Part shown: positions 18,356-28,970 of the stretch, in pieces
How positions within the stretch are numbered: the first letter of the stretch is position 1
Layout: the number at the start of each line of letters is the position of its first letter
DNA from: Cyanophora paradoxa CCMP329
Taxonomy: Eukaryota > Plantae > Glaucophyta
Assembly (NCBI GenBank): GCA_004431415.1
Contig: QPMI01000665.1
Span: forward strand, 1 to 30,401
DNA: 30,401 nt
Reading direction: 5' to 3'
Notes under the pieces: model-generated
Databases searched by the model: none
What the model was told of the DNA's origin: nothing
The model's input: the letters and a program-made list of their open reading frames with translations, nothing else
Position numbers and translations under genes: made by a program

Positions 18356-19680
18356 GCCGCGCCGCCGCCCGCCGCGCCGCCGCGCCGCCGCCCGCCGCGC
18401 CGCCGCCCGCCGCGCCGCCGCCCGCCGCGCCTCCGCCCGCCGCGCCTCCGCCGCGTGCGGCGAGCCTCGCCGCCGCCCGCCCGCGCCTCCCGCGCCGCCC
18501 GGCGAGATGCCGCGCCGCGCGCCGCGCCTCCGCCCCGCCCGGAGAGCCGCGCCGCTGCCCGCCGCGCCTCCCGCGCCGCCCGGCGAGATGCCCCGCCGCC
18601 CGCCGCGCCTCTGCCCCGCCCGGAGAGCCGCGCCGCTGCCCGCCCGCGCCTCCCGCGCGTGCAGTGAGCCTCGTCGCCGCCCGCCGCGCCTCCCGCACCG
18701 CCCGGCGAGATGCCCCGCCGCGCGCCGCGCCTCCGCCCGCCCGGAGAGCCGCGCCGCTGCCCGCGCCGCCTCCCGCGCCGCCCGGCGAGATGCCCCGCCG
18801 CCCGCCGCGCCTCCGCCCGCCCGGAGAGCCTCGCCGCCGCCCGCCGCGCCTCCCGCGCCGCCCGGCGAGATGCCCCGCCGCGCGCCGCGCCTCCGCCCCG
18901 CCCAGAGAGCCTCGCCGCCGCCCGTCGCGCCTCCGCCGCGTGCGGCGAGCCTCGTCGCCGCCGCCGCGCCTCCGCCCCGCCCGGAGAGCCGCGCCGCTGC
19001 CCGCCGCGCCTCCCGCGCCGCCGGCGAGATGCCCGCCGCCCGCCGCGCCTCTGCCCCACCCGGAGAGCCGCGCCGCTGCCCGCCCGCGCCTCCCGCGCGT
19101 GCAGTGAGCCTCGTCGCCGCCCGCCGCGCCTCCCGCACCGCCCGGCGAGATGCCCCGCCGCGCGCCGCGCCTCCGCCCCGCCCGGAGAGCCGCGCCGCTG
19201 CCGCGCCGCCTCCCGCGCCGCCCGGCGAGATGCCCCGCCGCCCGCCGCGCCTCCGCCCGCCGGAGAGCCTCGCCGCCGCCCGCCGCGCTCCCGCGCCGCC
19301 CGCGAGATGCCCCGCCGCGCGCCGCGCCTCCGCCCCGCCAGAGAGCCTCGCCGCCGCCCGTCGCGCCTCCGCCGCGTGCGGCGAGCCTCGTCGCCGCCCG
19401 CCGCGCCTCCGCCCGCCCGGAGAGCCTCGCTGCCGCCCTTCGCGCCTCCGCCGCGTGCGGCGAGCCTCGTCGCCGCCCGCCGCGCCTCCCGCGCCGCCCG
19501 GCGAGATGCCCCGCCGCGCGCCGCGCCTCCGCCCGCCCAGAGAGCCGCGCCGCTGCCCGCCGCGCCTACGCGGCGTGCAGTGAGCCTCGCCGCCGCCCGC
19601 CGCGCCTCCGCCCGCCCGGCGAGCCGCGCCGCGCGCGCGCCTCCGCTCCGCCTGGCCGCGCCTCGGCCCTATGCGGCGGC
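18356..19680. repeat. GC-rich modular minisatellite
   Basis: Core CCGCCGCGCCTCC alternating with a few modules (CCCGGCGAGATGCC, CCGGAGAGCC, GCGTGCGGCGAGCC, GCGTGCAGTGAGCC). Confidence 0.95.
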
Positions 19681-21049
19681 CCATGACTTGTCTATGAGAA
19701 AACTTCTAAGCGTGGTACGAACTGTTCATATCGCTTGCCGGAGGGGCGGGTCCCCGCATGGATCGCGCTGCCTCAGCATCTGCGCTGCGTCGCCGAGTCT
19801 CCCTGCGCCACGGAGTACTCAGCCCTGGGACTCATAGGAGAGATTGTATTAGAAGTGGCACGCACGAAGCTTTTCGCTCGTTAGCGGCTCGGGCTGTGTA
19901 TCGGTTGCCTGTCGCCACATCGCGCCGCGCCAGTTCTTGGCATCCTTGGCATCCTCGCACACGTATGCTTGCACGCGCTCAGCTGCACGATGGGATGCAG
20001 CTGCGGGACCATTGCACATGGTTGCAGCAGCAATGCAGCTGCGGGACCGGGGTACCAGTACGCGATTGGACAGGGTACACATCCAAAAAGCCTTCGTCAA
20101 CGTCTTCGTCCCGCAGGCCTCGCTGGCCGCCGCCCGAGCAACAGCATTGAACCGCGACTCCTAGCGCATTCCTGTCCTCTTCACGCGCAGGTCCTTGGTC
20201 ATCGGCTTCCGTTCATCGGCTTCAACGGACACCCGCTGCGGTCGGTCTCCCGCCGTCCACTTGGTGCCACGCTGGCTAACTAGCTCTTGAGGGCGGACAG
20301 CAACCCTTCCGAGCACCGAGACGCGAATTCCGACGCTCTGGACCGAGACGCGATGGCAGGTTCGAACAAGTGCCCAAGACACCGTCCTGCCATCGGATTT
20401 GCTAAGTGATCTGACTACTCCGTAAAGGAGCCCTCGGTGGTCTCCCTAGGCCTGCGTTCCGCGTTCCGCGGGCCGGGCCCTCTGGCACCAGGTACGCGCG
20501 CGCCCCAGGCTGCGCCACGTTAGCTAGCAATGCTTGCTAGCAAGCGCGCCAGGCCGGTCCATCCTATAGCTTCCCGTCCCGCGCTGAGCTTAGGTGCCGC
20601 GCCTTGCCGTGACTTCGCGCGTGCAGGCGCCTGGCGGCACCGCGGCACGCGCAACGAGGCGCCGCGGATGTGGTGGAGCACATGGAGCGGCGCCGGCGGC
20701 TGGGACAAGTGGGCGATGGCGCTGCGCGGATGGCGCTGCGAGTAGCTAAGAGGTGGTCAACGAGGCGCGATGTAGGTGTAGCTAGCTAGCTAGCGAGACC
20801 ATTCAGGCATCTGATAGCTAGCTAGCTAGAGAGTGAGTGCAATCGAGATTGGCTGCTCGCTGGTGGGCGCGCGGCGCGGGTGGACGGGTGCTCCGGTCAC
20901 AGGCCTGCGAGATAAGCTTAAATAAGCTTAGATGCCTGCCGAGATGAGCTTAAATGGTATTTCGGACTCATCATTGCGTGTCCGTTTCACTGAAATGGTA
21001 TCTCGGGTTTTACTTAAGATACACCCGAGTTAATTCTCGCTGTGCGCGA

Positions 21050-22953
21050 TATCGATACGTCTTCCTCTACTCGCTCGCCCTCGGCTCGGGACGCGCGAAC
21101 GACGAGCAGGTGGAAGCGATGCGTGAGTTTCGGGTGCGTTCGACCTGCTGCGGCGTCGACCCGATCGCGAGCCGCCCAGCGGCCGCGTCTTGCCGTCTGA
21201 CGTCGACCCGCGGCCGTGCCGACGCCCCAGCCTGGCAGCGCGTCATCTACCGGAACCAGTACCGAGCCCGCGAGGATTGCAGCCCCCGCGTGTCTCAGAT
21301 CCTCCTCTTTCGCTTCGGCGCCGCAGGCGCGCGCGCCGCATCCCGCACGCCCTGCGGCCGTGACCCCGGGTTTAGTGCGCGGGCCGGCGGCGGGCGCAGG
21401 GTTCGGCTCGGAGCTCCACCACACGGCCTCGCTCTGGGGATCGTGCTCAAGACGCGGCGCGTGCTCCTGGTGGCCCCGCACCAGGACTGGCTGTGCGCGC
21501 GTCGCGCCCGCCCCTCTCAGAGTCTGCCCCCTCCCCGCCCGAGCCGAGAGCGGGCGGCCCGGCGGCAGGTACGCGGACCACGATCTCTGCGCGGAGGAGT
21601 GCCGCTGCCTCGGCTGCCGCATGCTCCCGCTCTCCACCTGCTCGTGCGCCGACGCGCCGACGCGGCGGCGCGGCGCACCTCCCCAGCCCGCCTCACGCGC
21701 CGGCGCGGGGCAGCCTCTCGGACCTTGGGGACCTGCAGAGCGGGGCGGCGCCCATATCGCTCGGGAAGCACGAGGCGCGCCGCGCTCCGGCCCACCCGCC
21801 CCCCGCCTCGGGGCGAGCCGGCGGCGGGGCGCAGGCGAACAAGACGGTCCTCTACTACGACTTCGCGGCGTGGAGCGACGCGGCGCTCGCGCGCTCCGTG
21901 GCGGCCCCCGGCGAGGCGCGGCCCCGGGCTTCGAGAAGTGGGGCCCCGAGTGGGCCCGCGCCCAGGCGCGCCTTGAAGGCCGGGCGAGCGACCCGCGCGG
22001 GCGCCCCTCACTCGCACGCGCGGCAGGCCGTCGCCTTCCTGCTGCGCTCCAACGCGCGGGGCGCGGCCTGGCTCGAGGAGGGCCTGCGCGCCGCCGGCCT
22101 CGCCCCCGGCGCCCCCTGCGTCTCCATCCACGTCCGGTCCGCCCCGCCCCGCCCTGCGCCCCACGCCCGCCGCCGCCGAGCGGGCGGGGCAGGCGGCAGG
22201 ACAAGAGGTCGGAGGCGAGGCCGCTGCCGCTGGCCCGGGTGCGGCGCCCGCTGCGCCCCCGCGGGCGGGGCCGACCGGGGGGGCGGCCCGGCCAGTACGT
22301 GGAGCGGGCGGAGCCGTTCCTCCGCGCCCTCAACACGACCCTTTTCTTCGTCGCAACGGGTCCGCCTGCCCCACGCCCCCCTCCGGGGCCGGGGGGCGAG
22401 GGGCGGGGGCAGACGAGGCAGCGGTGCTGCGGGAGGAGGCGGGGGCGTACGGGCCGCGCTACACCTTCCTCCACGCCCCGACAAGGACCGCGCGGTGGGT
22501 GGGGCCCCGCCGGCCATGGCCAGCCGCGTCTCAGGGCGGCGGGGGCAGGTCTTCGACCACGCGAGCCACCTGCGGGAGCGGCGGAGGGGCGGGACGCGCA
22601 CGCGCGAGTGGAAGGTGGCCCCCCGCGCCCCTCCGCGGGGCCGCGGGCGAGGCGGGGCGGGGCGGGCAGGCGGCGATGGTGGACGTGGTGGCGCTGGCGA
22701 CGTGCGGCGCCTCCGTCGTCACCTTCTCAAGCAACGTCCGCCGCCCCCCGCCCCGCCCCGCCCCGCCGAGCGCCCCGCTCCGCGCTGCAGATCGGGCGCC
22801 TGGTCGCCGAGCTGGCGACCTTCCTGCGGCACAACCACACGCGGGCGCGCGCCGGCCCCCGCCCCCGCCCCCGCCTCTCGGGCCGAGGGGCGGGGGCGGC
22901 AGGTGCGGGGCGAGGTGGTCTCCCTCGACGACACTTTCTTCCTCCCGCCCTGA
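21050..22953 (+). CDS. Host alpha-1,6-fucosyltransferase-like (GT23, FUT8-like) gene, multi-exon, 5' end uncertain
   Basis: Spliced exons give WQRVIYRNQ..DCS..GFGSELHH..RRVLLV..DWLY..PLS.C, CVSIHVRRQDKRSEA (intron 22137-22192), LFFVAT, DVVALATC..VVTFSSN-IGRLVAEL and VSLDDTFF, matching FUT8 GYGCQLHH, HVRRTDK, TFSSQVCR and SLDD. Confidence 0.85.
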
Positions 22954-23749
22954 CCGCCCCGGCCCCGCCCCAACCCGCGCCCCCCCGCCCCTGCTCCTTC
23001 ACCCACGTCCGCCTCCTCCTTGGCTTCTCGGGGCCCCGCCCGCCCCGCCCACCCCGCCCGACCCGCAGACCCCCTCCCGGAGTCCACCCCCTTCGTTCGC
23101 CACCGACGTCGACGCCCCACCATCCTCGCCCCGCGCCCCGCCGCCCCGCCCCCGGCGGCCTTCCTGGCGCGCGGCCCCGCGCGGCCTTCCCCGGCGCCGG
23201 CAGCCCCGCGCGGCCGCGGGTCGACCCGCTGCTGGCGCCTCGCCTCTGGGGGCCCGAGCATGCGCAGCGGGGCGGGTCCTGCGGAGGGCCCCGGCCAGGT
23301 CCCCATGGCCAGTGCTCGCGAATTCGAAGCTGCTCGCGTTGATCCTGAGCTCGGCCCGCGGCCGGTCGCTTTCCGTTCGTGGCCCGCTGCAGTGCAATTC
23401 AATACTTGTCCTGTCGACGTCTGTAATATGTGTGCCCCTCTCTGATCACTCCTCCCTCGTTCATTTTGTTCGTTAGTTCGTTAGTTCTTGTTTAGTGCAG
23501 TAGGAGACTCAGTGACTGCTGTAGATCACTAGAAGAGAAGCCCCGCTCCAAGTAGTGTCAGGCCGGCCGACACTTTTAATCTGACACTATTTACATTAAA
23601 TATTGTCAGGACAGTGTCACTTCCTGCCCCATTCTACTAGCTATAGTGGGAGATGGCCATGAATGGCCCAGAGTCGGCGCGTGCGCGCGCAGCAGAGTCG
23701 GCGCCCGCGCGCCCAGGAGGAGGCGGCGGGGATGGAGGGGGCGGGGTGG

Positions 23750-24430
23750 CGCTGGGGGCACCCTCGGGCCCGACGAAGAGGGCGCCTCGAGCTCCCCCAG
23801 CGCCCCTGCGGGGGAGGCGCGAGGGGGGGCCCAGCTGCGGGGCGCGGCCCGGGGGCGGGGGCGGCGGGGCCGGCCCTTCGGGCCCAGTGGCGGGGGCCAG
23901 CAGCGGGGGTCGACCCCGAGGCGCCGGGCGCCCCGCCGCCGGCCCGCCCAGCTGCGAGGCCGAGGGCGCGCGAGGGCCCGAGGAGGAGGGAGGGGGGGGC
24001 AGGGGGCGGGGCGGGCCTTGCCGAGACGGGTGGTGAAGCAGAGGTTGTGCGCGATCGCCGTCGAGGGGCACAGCGACTGCACTGGGGCGTATGAGAGCCG
24101 GAGCCGCGGGCGAGGTTGGCGAAGAGGTGGATGCCGCAGGTGCGCGCCAGCTCCGACGCCCGCCGCACCCGCGCGGGGCGTCGGGCGGGGCCGGGGGGAG
24201 GGGGGCGGGAGAAGGGGAGGCGGGCTTCGCCGCGTCGCGCAGCCAGCCGGGAACCCTGGTCCGGGGCGGGGCGGGGCGGACGAGGTCGACGGCCTCGAGG
24301 ATGGCGAGCGCCGTCCCCGCCCGCTGCCTGCGCCCCCGCGTCCCTCTTCGACGCTCTCGAGGGAGTGCTTCAGCTCCCCCCGCATCAGCCGCCGCACGTT
24401 CAGCACGCGCCCGCCGGCGATCAGACCGGG
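23750..24430 (-). pseudogene. REV3: Degenerate fragment of DNA polymerase zeta catalytic subunit
   Basis: GRVLNVRRLMRGELK, RASELARTCGIHLFANLARGS and QSLCPSTAIAHNLCFTTRLG in the correct order versus REV3 GRIVLNVWRLMRxE, RTSELARxFGIxFxxVxxRGS and FQSLYPSxxIAYNxCxSTCLG; heavily deleted, with SLYPS changed to SLCPS. Confidence 0.7.
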
Positions 24431-24479
24431 GAGAGGGGGAGGGAGGAGGGGGGAGAGGGGCGGACCGGCCGGAGACGTC

Positions 24480-26424
24480 AGCCTAGGGTCGAGCACCGGC
24501 GAGAGAGGCCCTCCGAAGGCGAAGGACGCCGCACCACTGGAGGTCGATGCCGATACCCCAGCGAGCCGCCCTGCACCCTGTACCCCGCCAGCACGTCCGG
24601 GTCCACCCCCCGCACCAGCTCCGCGAACCCTAAGGGGTGCGCCGCTCAGACGACGGGGTACGGGGGAGGTGTGGGCTCGTCGGGGAGGGAGCGGGCGTCG
24701 GAGAAGGCTCGCTCCAGGCGGCGCGGGCCCCGGGCCCCGTCGGGGGCGGCGGGGCCGGCGGCTGAGCTGGCGGGGGCGGGGGCTCCGCTGGGCGGGGCGC
24801 AGGCACAGGCGCAGGAGGATGCCGAGGCGGGCCCGGGGCCCCCGACGCTGCCGAGGTGCATGTTGGCGTGCACCTCGCGCTCGATGCTGCCGGAGAGGCC
24901 AGGCAAGACAAAGAAAGAAGGGGCGAAGCGGAAGGGAAAGGAGCCTCGCCTCAGGCGGGCGAGCTGCTGGCCCACGTGGCGCGGCTCCGGCGGCTCCGGC
25001 GGGGCCCCGCGGCCGCCTCGCCCTCCGACGGCCCCGTACCCCCGAGGACCCCTCCGACCGAGCCGCCGGCCGAAGCGGCGGCGGCGGCGGCGGCGGCGCG
25101 CGCCGGCGACTCGGCGGCGGGGCGGGAGGCCGGTGCGCCCCGCCGCCGCCCCCTGCGAAGAGGTACCCCTAGGCTTTGGGGTGGGTAGGTCGAGAGGGGG
25201 CCGGGTCGGGGCGCGCCGGGCCGGGGCGGCTGCCTGGCTGGCGTCCCGGGTGCCCTGGCGGAGCGCCCGCCGCACGTCCCCGGCGATCGCGAGGGCGTCA
25301 ATGTCCTCGGCCTCTTCTGGGCCCTCCCCCTCCTCGGCGGGATACGCCACCTCCTCCAGCTCCTCGTGCGGGCGGCGGGGCGGGGCGGAGACGGCGCGCG
25401 CGGCGGCCGCCTGGGGTGACCAGAGGGGCCGGGCGGGGGAAAGGGAGAGGCGGGCGCGGTGCGGTGCCGGGCTCGCCGGGGCGCTAGCGCTGGTGTGCAG
25501 CCGCTCGAGGCTCCCCAGGATCGTCCCCAGGCGCCTGTTGATCTCCTCCTCGATCCTGTCCGAGGCATACCGAACCGGAGGCTGCGGCGGCGGCGGCGCA
25601 GGGGCCGGAACCGAGTAGCGGCAGTCACACTGGTACGCGGAGGCGGAAGCGGCGGCGGCGGCCGCTGCCGCGGCAGCCGCGGAGGACCGCGCCTCGGTCT
25701 TCAGCTCCGCGTTCTCGCCGCGGAGCTGTTCCAGCTGCTCCTGCGACACCCCGCCTGAGGGTCGCGCTGCACTCGGGTCCCGATCCGGCAGCGCACCTGG
25801 AGTAGTTGTACATGCCCCTCCAACAGCCTCGCGCGCTCGTGCAGCACCTCGTTCACCTGCGGCGGCGCTGGGGCGGCCCTCGCGGCGCGTCCGGCCGCGG
25901 CGTCTGGACCTTCAGGACCTCGGCTGACGACATTGCAAGCTCGTTGTTGGAGTGCCGCAGCGCCTCCGCCTCCTCGAGAATCTGCTGGAACGCTCCCTCC
26001 ACCTCCCGCTTGCGCCGCTCTGAAGCCTTGGCTGCGGGCGACCGTGAGCAAGGGGCGACCGGCCGCGGCCGGAGGCTCGGTTCGCCGCACCGCACTCCCT
26101 CAGCTCCTGGTTCTGGCGACGCTCGTCTTCCACGTTCTCCAGCAGGCGCTGGAACAGCACCTCGCTAGCATCCAGCTTCTTCTTTAGAGCTCGATTCGAG
26201 GCGCGCTCGTCTCCCTGTAGCTTCTCGACCGCCTCCTGCAACCGCTTGTTCTCCTCGTGCAGCGCTGTCGCTCTCCGATCCGCTCGCATTCGCCCCACAA
26301 CTCCACGGCCTCCTCGTACTTCCGCTGGTCGCCGGTTAGGAGCCCCGGTGGGCTGTCCGAATCGAACAGATCGCACCTCCCACCAGGCAGCGATCTGCGC
26401 GTCGGTCTGCCCCTCCGACGGCAT
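24480..26424 (-). CDS. Host multi-exon coiled-coil protein of unknown function (3' end approximate)
   Basis: MPSEGQTDAQIAAWWE.., then exons LHEENKRLQEAVEKLQ.., AFQQILEEAEALRHSNNELA.. and QEQLEQLRGENAELKTE.. separated by short GC-rich introns; low-complexity Pro/Ala tail. Confidence 0.55.
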
Positions 26425-26664
26425 CGCCAGAATTTGAATCGCCACGCAGCACGGACTCGTCCCGGCGGTACCGACGTGTTTGTGTGTGGTCACACACTGT
26501 GGTCACAGTGTGGTGAGAGACCTGGGTAGATCGGTATCGCTAGAATTTGAATTTTGATTCGTGTACCCGCTTTAGCCAGTTAGCCTGAGTTAGGCTAAGT
26601 TAGCCAGCGTTGCCAGCTAGAACCCAGCTAAGCTTATATCGGGTCTGGAGCGCTTAACACGCGC

Positions 26665-27789
26665 ATGGCGGGAAAGGCGCGGCCGGCGGGCACCTCGCGC
26701 AGCGCCTGGCTCATCGCGGCGCCGGCACTGGCACTCGCGATTGTCGGATACCTGTATGCGCCGCGGCTGGCCCTCAGCTTTTGCAGGGTGCGCACGCACC
26801 GGCGCCGGCGCGCATGTGTATCGAGCGCGCGCATGCATCTCTGATGAGCGCATGTGCAGGCGATCCCGTCGGGCATGCTCGCCGTGAACACCGGTCCGAT
26901 GAACATGCTCAGAGCCACTCCGAGCCACTGAAGCGCTCTCCCGCGTCCCCCAGGTCCCTTCCTCGCTGTCGATGCCATCATCGAGATGACCGTGGACGGC
27001 AAGCGCGCGATCGTTCTGGGAGAGCGCCTGAACCCTCCGTTCGGCCTGGCGCTGCCGGGTGGCTTCGTGGTGGGCACGCGCCACCAACTACCGCACTTCT
27101 CTCTGAATTCTTCAGGATTACGGCGAGTCGATGGAGGACGCAGCACAACGAGAGACCCACGAAGAAACAAATCTGCATCTGTACGATTTTTACCTAAAAA
27201 GGACGACGCACGGGAAGTACATGCGATCCCAGTGGACTCTATCCCTTGGTGAGCAACTGGCCCTGACTCCAGAATGCAAGATTTGCAACCTCTTTGCAAT
27301 TGCAATTGGTCCATTCTCGAAGCTCAACATAAACGTGCCTGCAGGGATCGAATGTCTTTCGACCATGGGAAGATCTTGCAAGACTATTTGGAAGAGTTCA
27401 AGTTGCCACCGTGATCGTGATCAGGAATCGAGGAAGGACCTCGATGGCGCCGCTTTTTTGAGCTCTGGGTGCTCCTCCATTTACGGTCAAGGTACTACAT
27501 CGCATCAATGAGAACGAGGCGGTCACGTTTGCACCTGTTGTTCGTTGGAAAGGCGAGATCTAGAGGGACGATGAAAGCTAAGGACGACGCACGGGAAGTA
27601 CATGCGATCCCAGTGGACTCTATCCCTTGGTGAGCAACTGGCCCTGACTCCAGAATGCAAGATTTGCAACCTCTTTGCAATTGGTCCATTCTCGAAGCTC
27701 AACATAAACGTGCCTGCAGGGATCGAATGTCTTTCGACCATGGGAAGATCTTGCAAGACTATTTGGAAGAGTTCAAGTTGCCACCGTGA
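26665..27789 (+). pseudogene. Host Nudix hydrolase gene with N-terminal hydrophobic segment; internally deleted/duplicated (pseudogene or misassembly)
   Basis: Spliced PFLAVDAIIE..IVLGERLNPPFGLALPGGFV|DYGESMEDAAQRETHEETNL (Nudix box; intron 27070-27115); C-terminus KDDAREVHAIPVDSIPW|DRMSFDHGKILQDYL present twice; middle segment missing. Confidence 0.8.
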
Positions 27790-27915
27790 TCGTGATCAGG
27801 AATCGAGGAAGGACCTCGATGGCGCCGCTTTTTTGAGCTCTGGGTGCTCCTCCATTTACGGTCAAGGTACTACATCGCATCAATGAGAACGAGGCGGTCA
27901 CGTTTGCACCTGTTG
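27199..27915. repeat. Near-identical ~340-bp direct duplication (27199-27540 / 27580-27915)
   Basis: Copies appear identical apart from a 6-nt TTGCAA-type insertion in the first. Confidence 0.95.
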
Positions 27916-28096
27916 CAGGCTTGCGCCGACCCCTGAGGGCCAGGCCAGGTGTGGCCGGGTTCCAGCACGACTGATTCCAAGACGCCGGCGAAGGCGTACC
28001 CCACCGGGGCCCGGAGGGGGCGGAGCGGAGGCGGGGCGGGGTAGGGCATCTAGGTAGCTTGCGATAGCCGCTATGATATGTGACTGCAGCTGATAA

Positions 28097-28142
28097 GGGG
28101 GTGGGGGGGGGGGGGGGGGGGGGGAGGGAGGGGTGGGGGGGG
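28097..28142 (+). repeat. Poly-G tract (G-quadruplex-capable)
   Basis: ~46 nt almost entirely G. Confidence 0.9.
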
Positions 28143-28628
28143 CCGGGCGCGAGCTAAGCGCACGGGCGCGCCCCCGGGTCTAGATCTTATAATTATTGCG
28201 TCTGGGGCGCCTGGTGTTTTATCCTATTAGAGGGGGTCTACGGGGGCTCCAGGGAGGGGGGCAGGCACGGGCGGGGCGGCCGCCCTGTGAGAACGTCAGA
28301 GGACAGGGCGTGGCAGGAGGGGTGGGGCTTGGGGCTAGCTGGGTGCCAACTCTGTTACTACGGATACTTTCTGGTCTATCCGGACCCGCGTACAGGTGAT
28401 TTGTAGCATGCACGCGCGCGTGGCATTGCTTCACTGAGCTGCCTGGCCCAGTGGCTAAAAAAGTGAGCCCCGTGGGCCGAAAGGAGAGAGAAAAGCTGGT
28501 TACGAGCTGACCCAGAGTTCGAATCAACCCGAAGCCAGAATTTAGATTTCGGCCGTATGCAAGAATTGCCCAAGAGGTGTAGACAGGGGTTTTCGAGGGT
28601 GCTGGAGACGGCGGAAGTGGAGGAGCTT

Positions 28629-28970
28629 GAGGATGCCGAGGCGGGCCCCCGACGCTGCCGAGGTGCATGTTGGCGTGCACCTCGCGCTCGATGCTGCCGG
28701 AGAGGCCAGGCAAGACAAAGAAAGAAGGGGCGAAGCGGAAGGGAAAGGAGCCTCGCCTCAGGGGGCGAGCTGCTGGCCCACGTGGTGCGGCTCGGCGGCT
28801 CGGGCGGGGCCCCGCCCCGCCCTCCGACGGCCCGTACCCCCGAGGACCCCTCCGACCGAGCCGCCGGCCGAAGCGGCGGCGGCGGCGGCGGCGGCGCGCG
28901 CCGGCGACTCGCGGCGGGGCGGGAGGCCGGTGCGCCCCGCCGCCGCCCCTGCGAAGAGGTACCCCTAGGC
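28629..28970. repeat. Dispersed duplicate of 24815-25174 (fragment of the coiled-coil gene)
   Basis: GAGGATGCCGAGGCGGGCCC...GAAGAGGTACCCCTAGGC occurs at both loci in the same orientation, with small indels. Confidence 0.9.

Noticed and set aside
16715-19680. CRISPR-like array
   Set aside because: Units or cassettes are themselves repeated rather than unique spacers; no cas genes; eukaryotic context.
18145-19837. Long Arg/Ala/Pro/Gly-rich ORFs on both strands
   Set aside because: Artefacts of a stop-poor GC minisatellite.
24020-24085. PolB motif as the virus's replicative polymerase
   Set aside because: It lies 7.5 kb outside the element in GC-rich host DNA, flanking motifs are REV3-specific, and the motif is degenerate.
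21014-25749. Long unspliced ORFs (e.g. 708 aa, 508 aa, 500 aa)
   Set aside because: GC-rich read-through of introns and antisense frames; the real coding signal is in short exons.
26580-26620. Helitron 3' end (TTAGCCT-GAGTT-AGGCTAA hairpin then CTAG)
   Set aside because: Weak stem, ~18-nt gap, CTAG followed by A rather than T, and CTAG/GCTA runs are common in these spacers.
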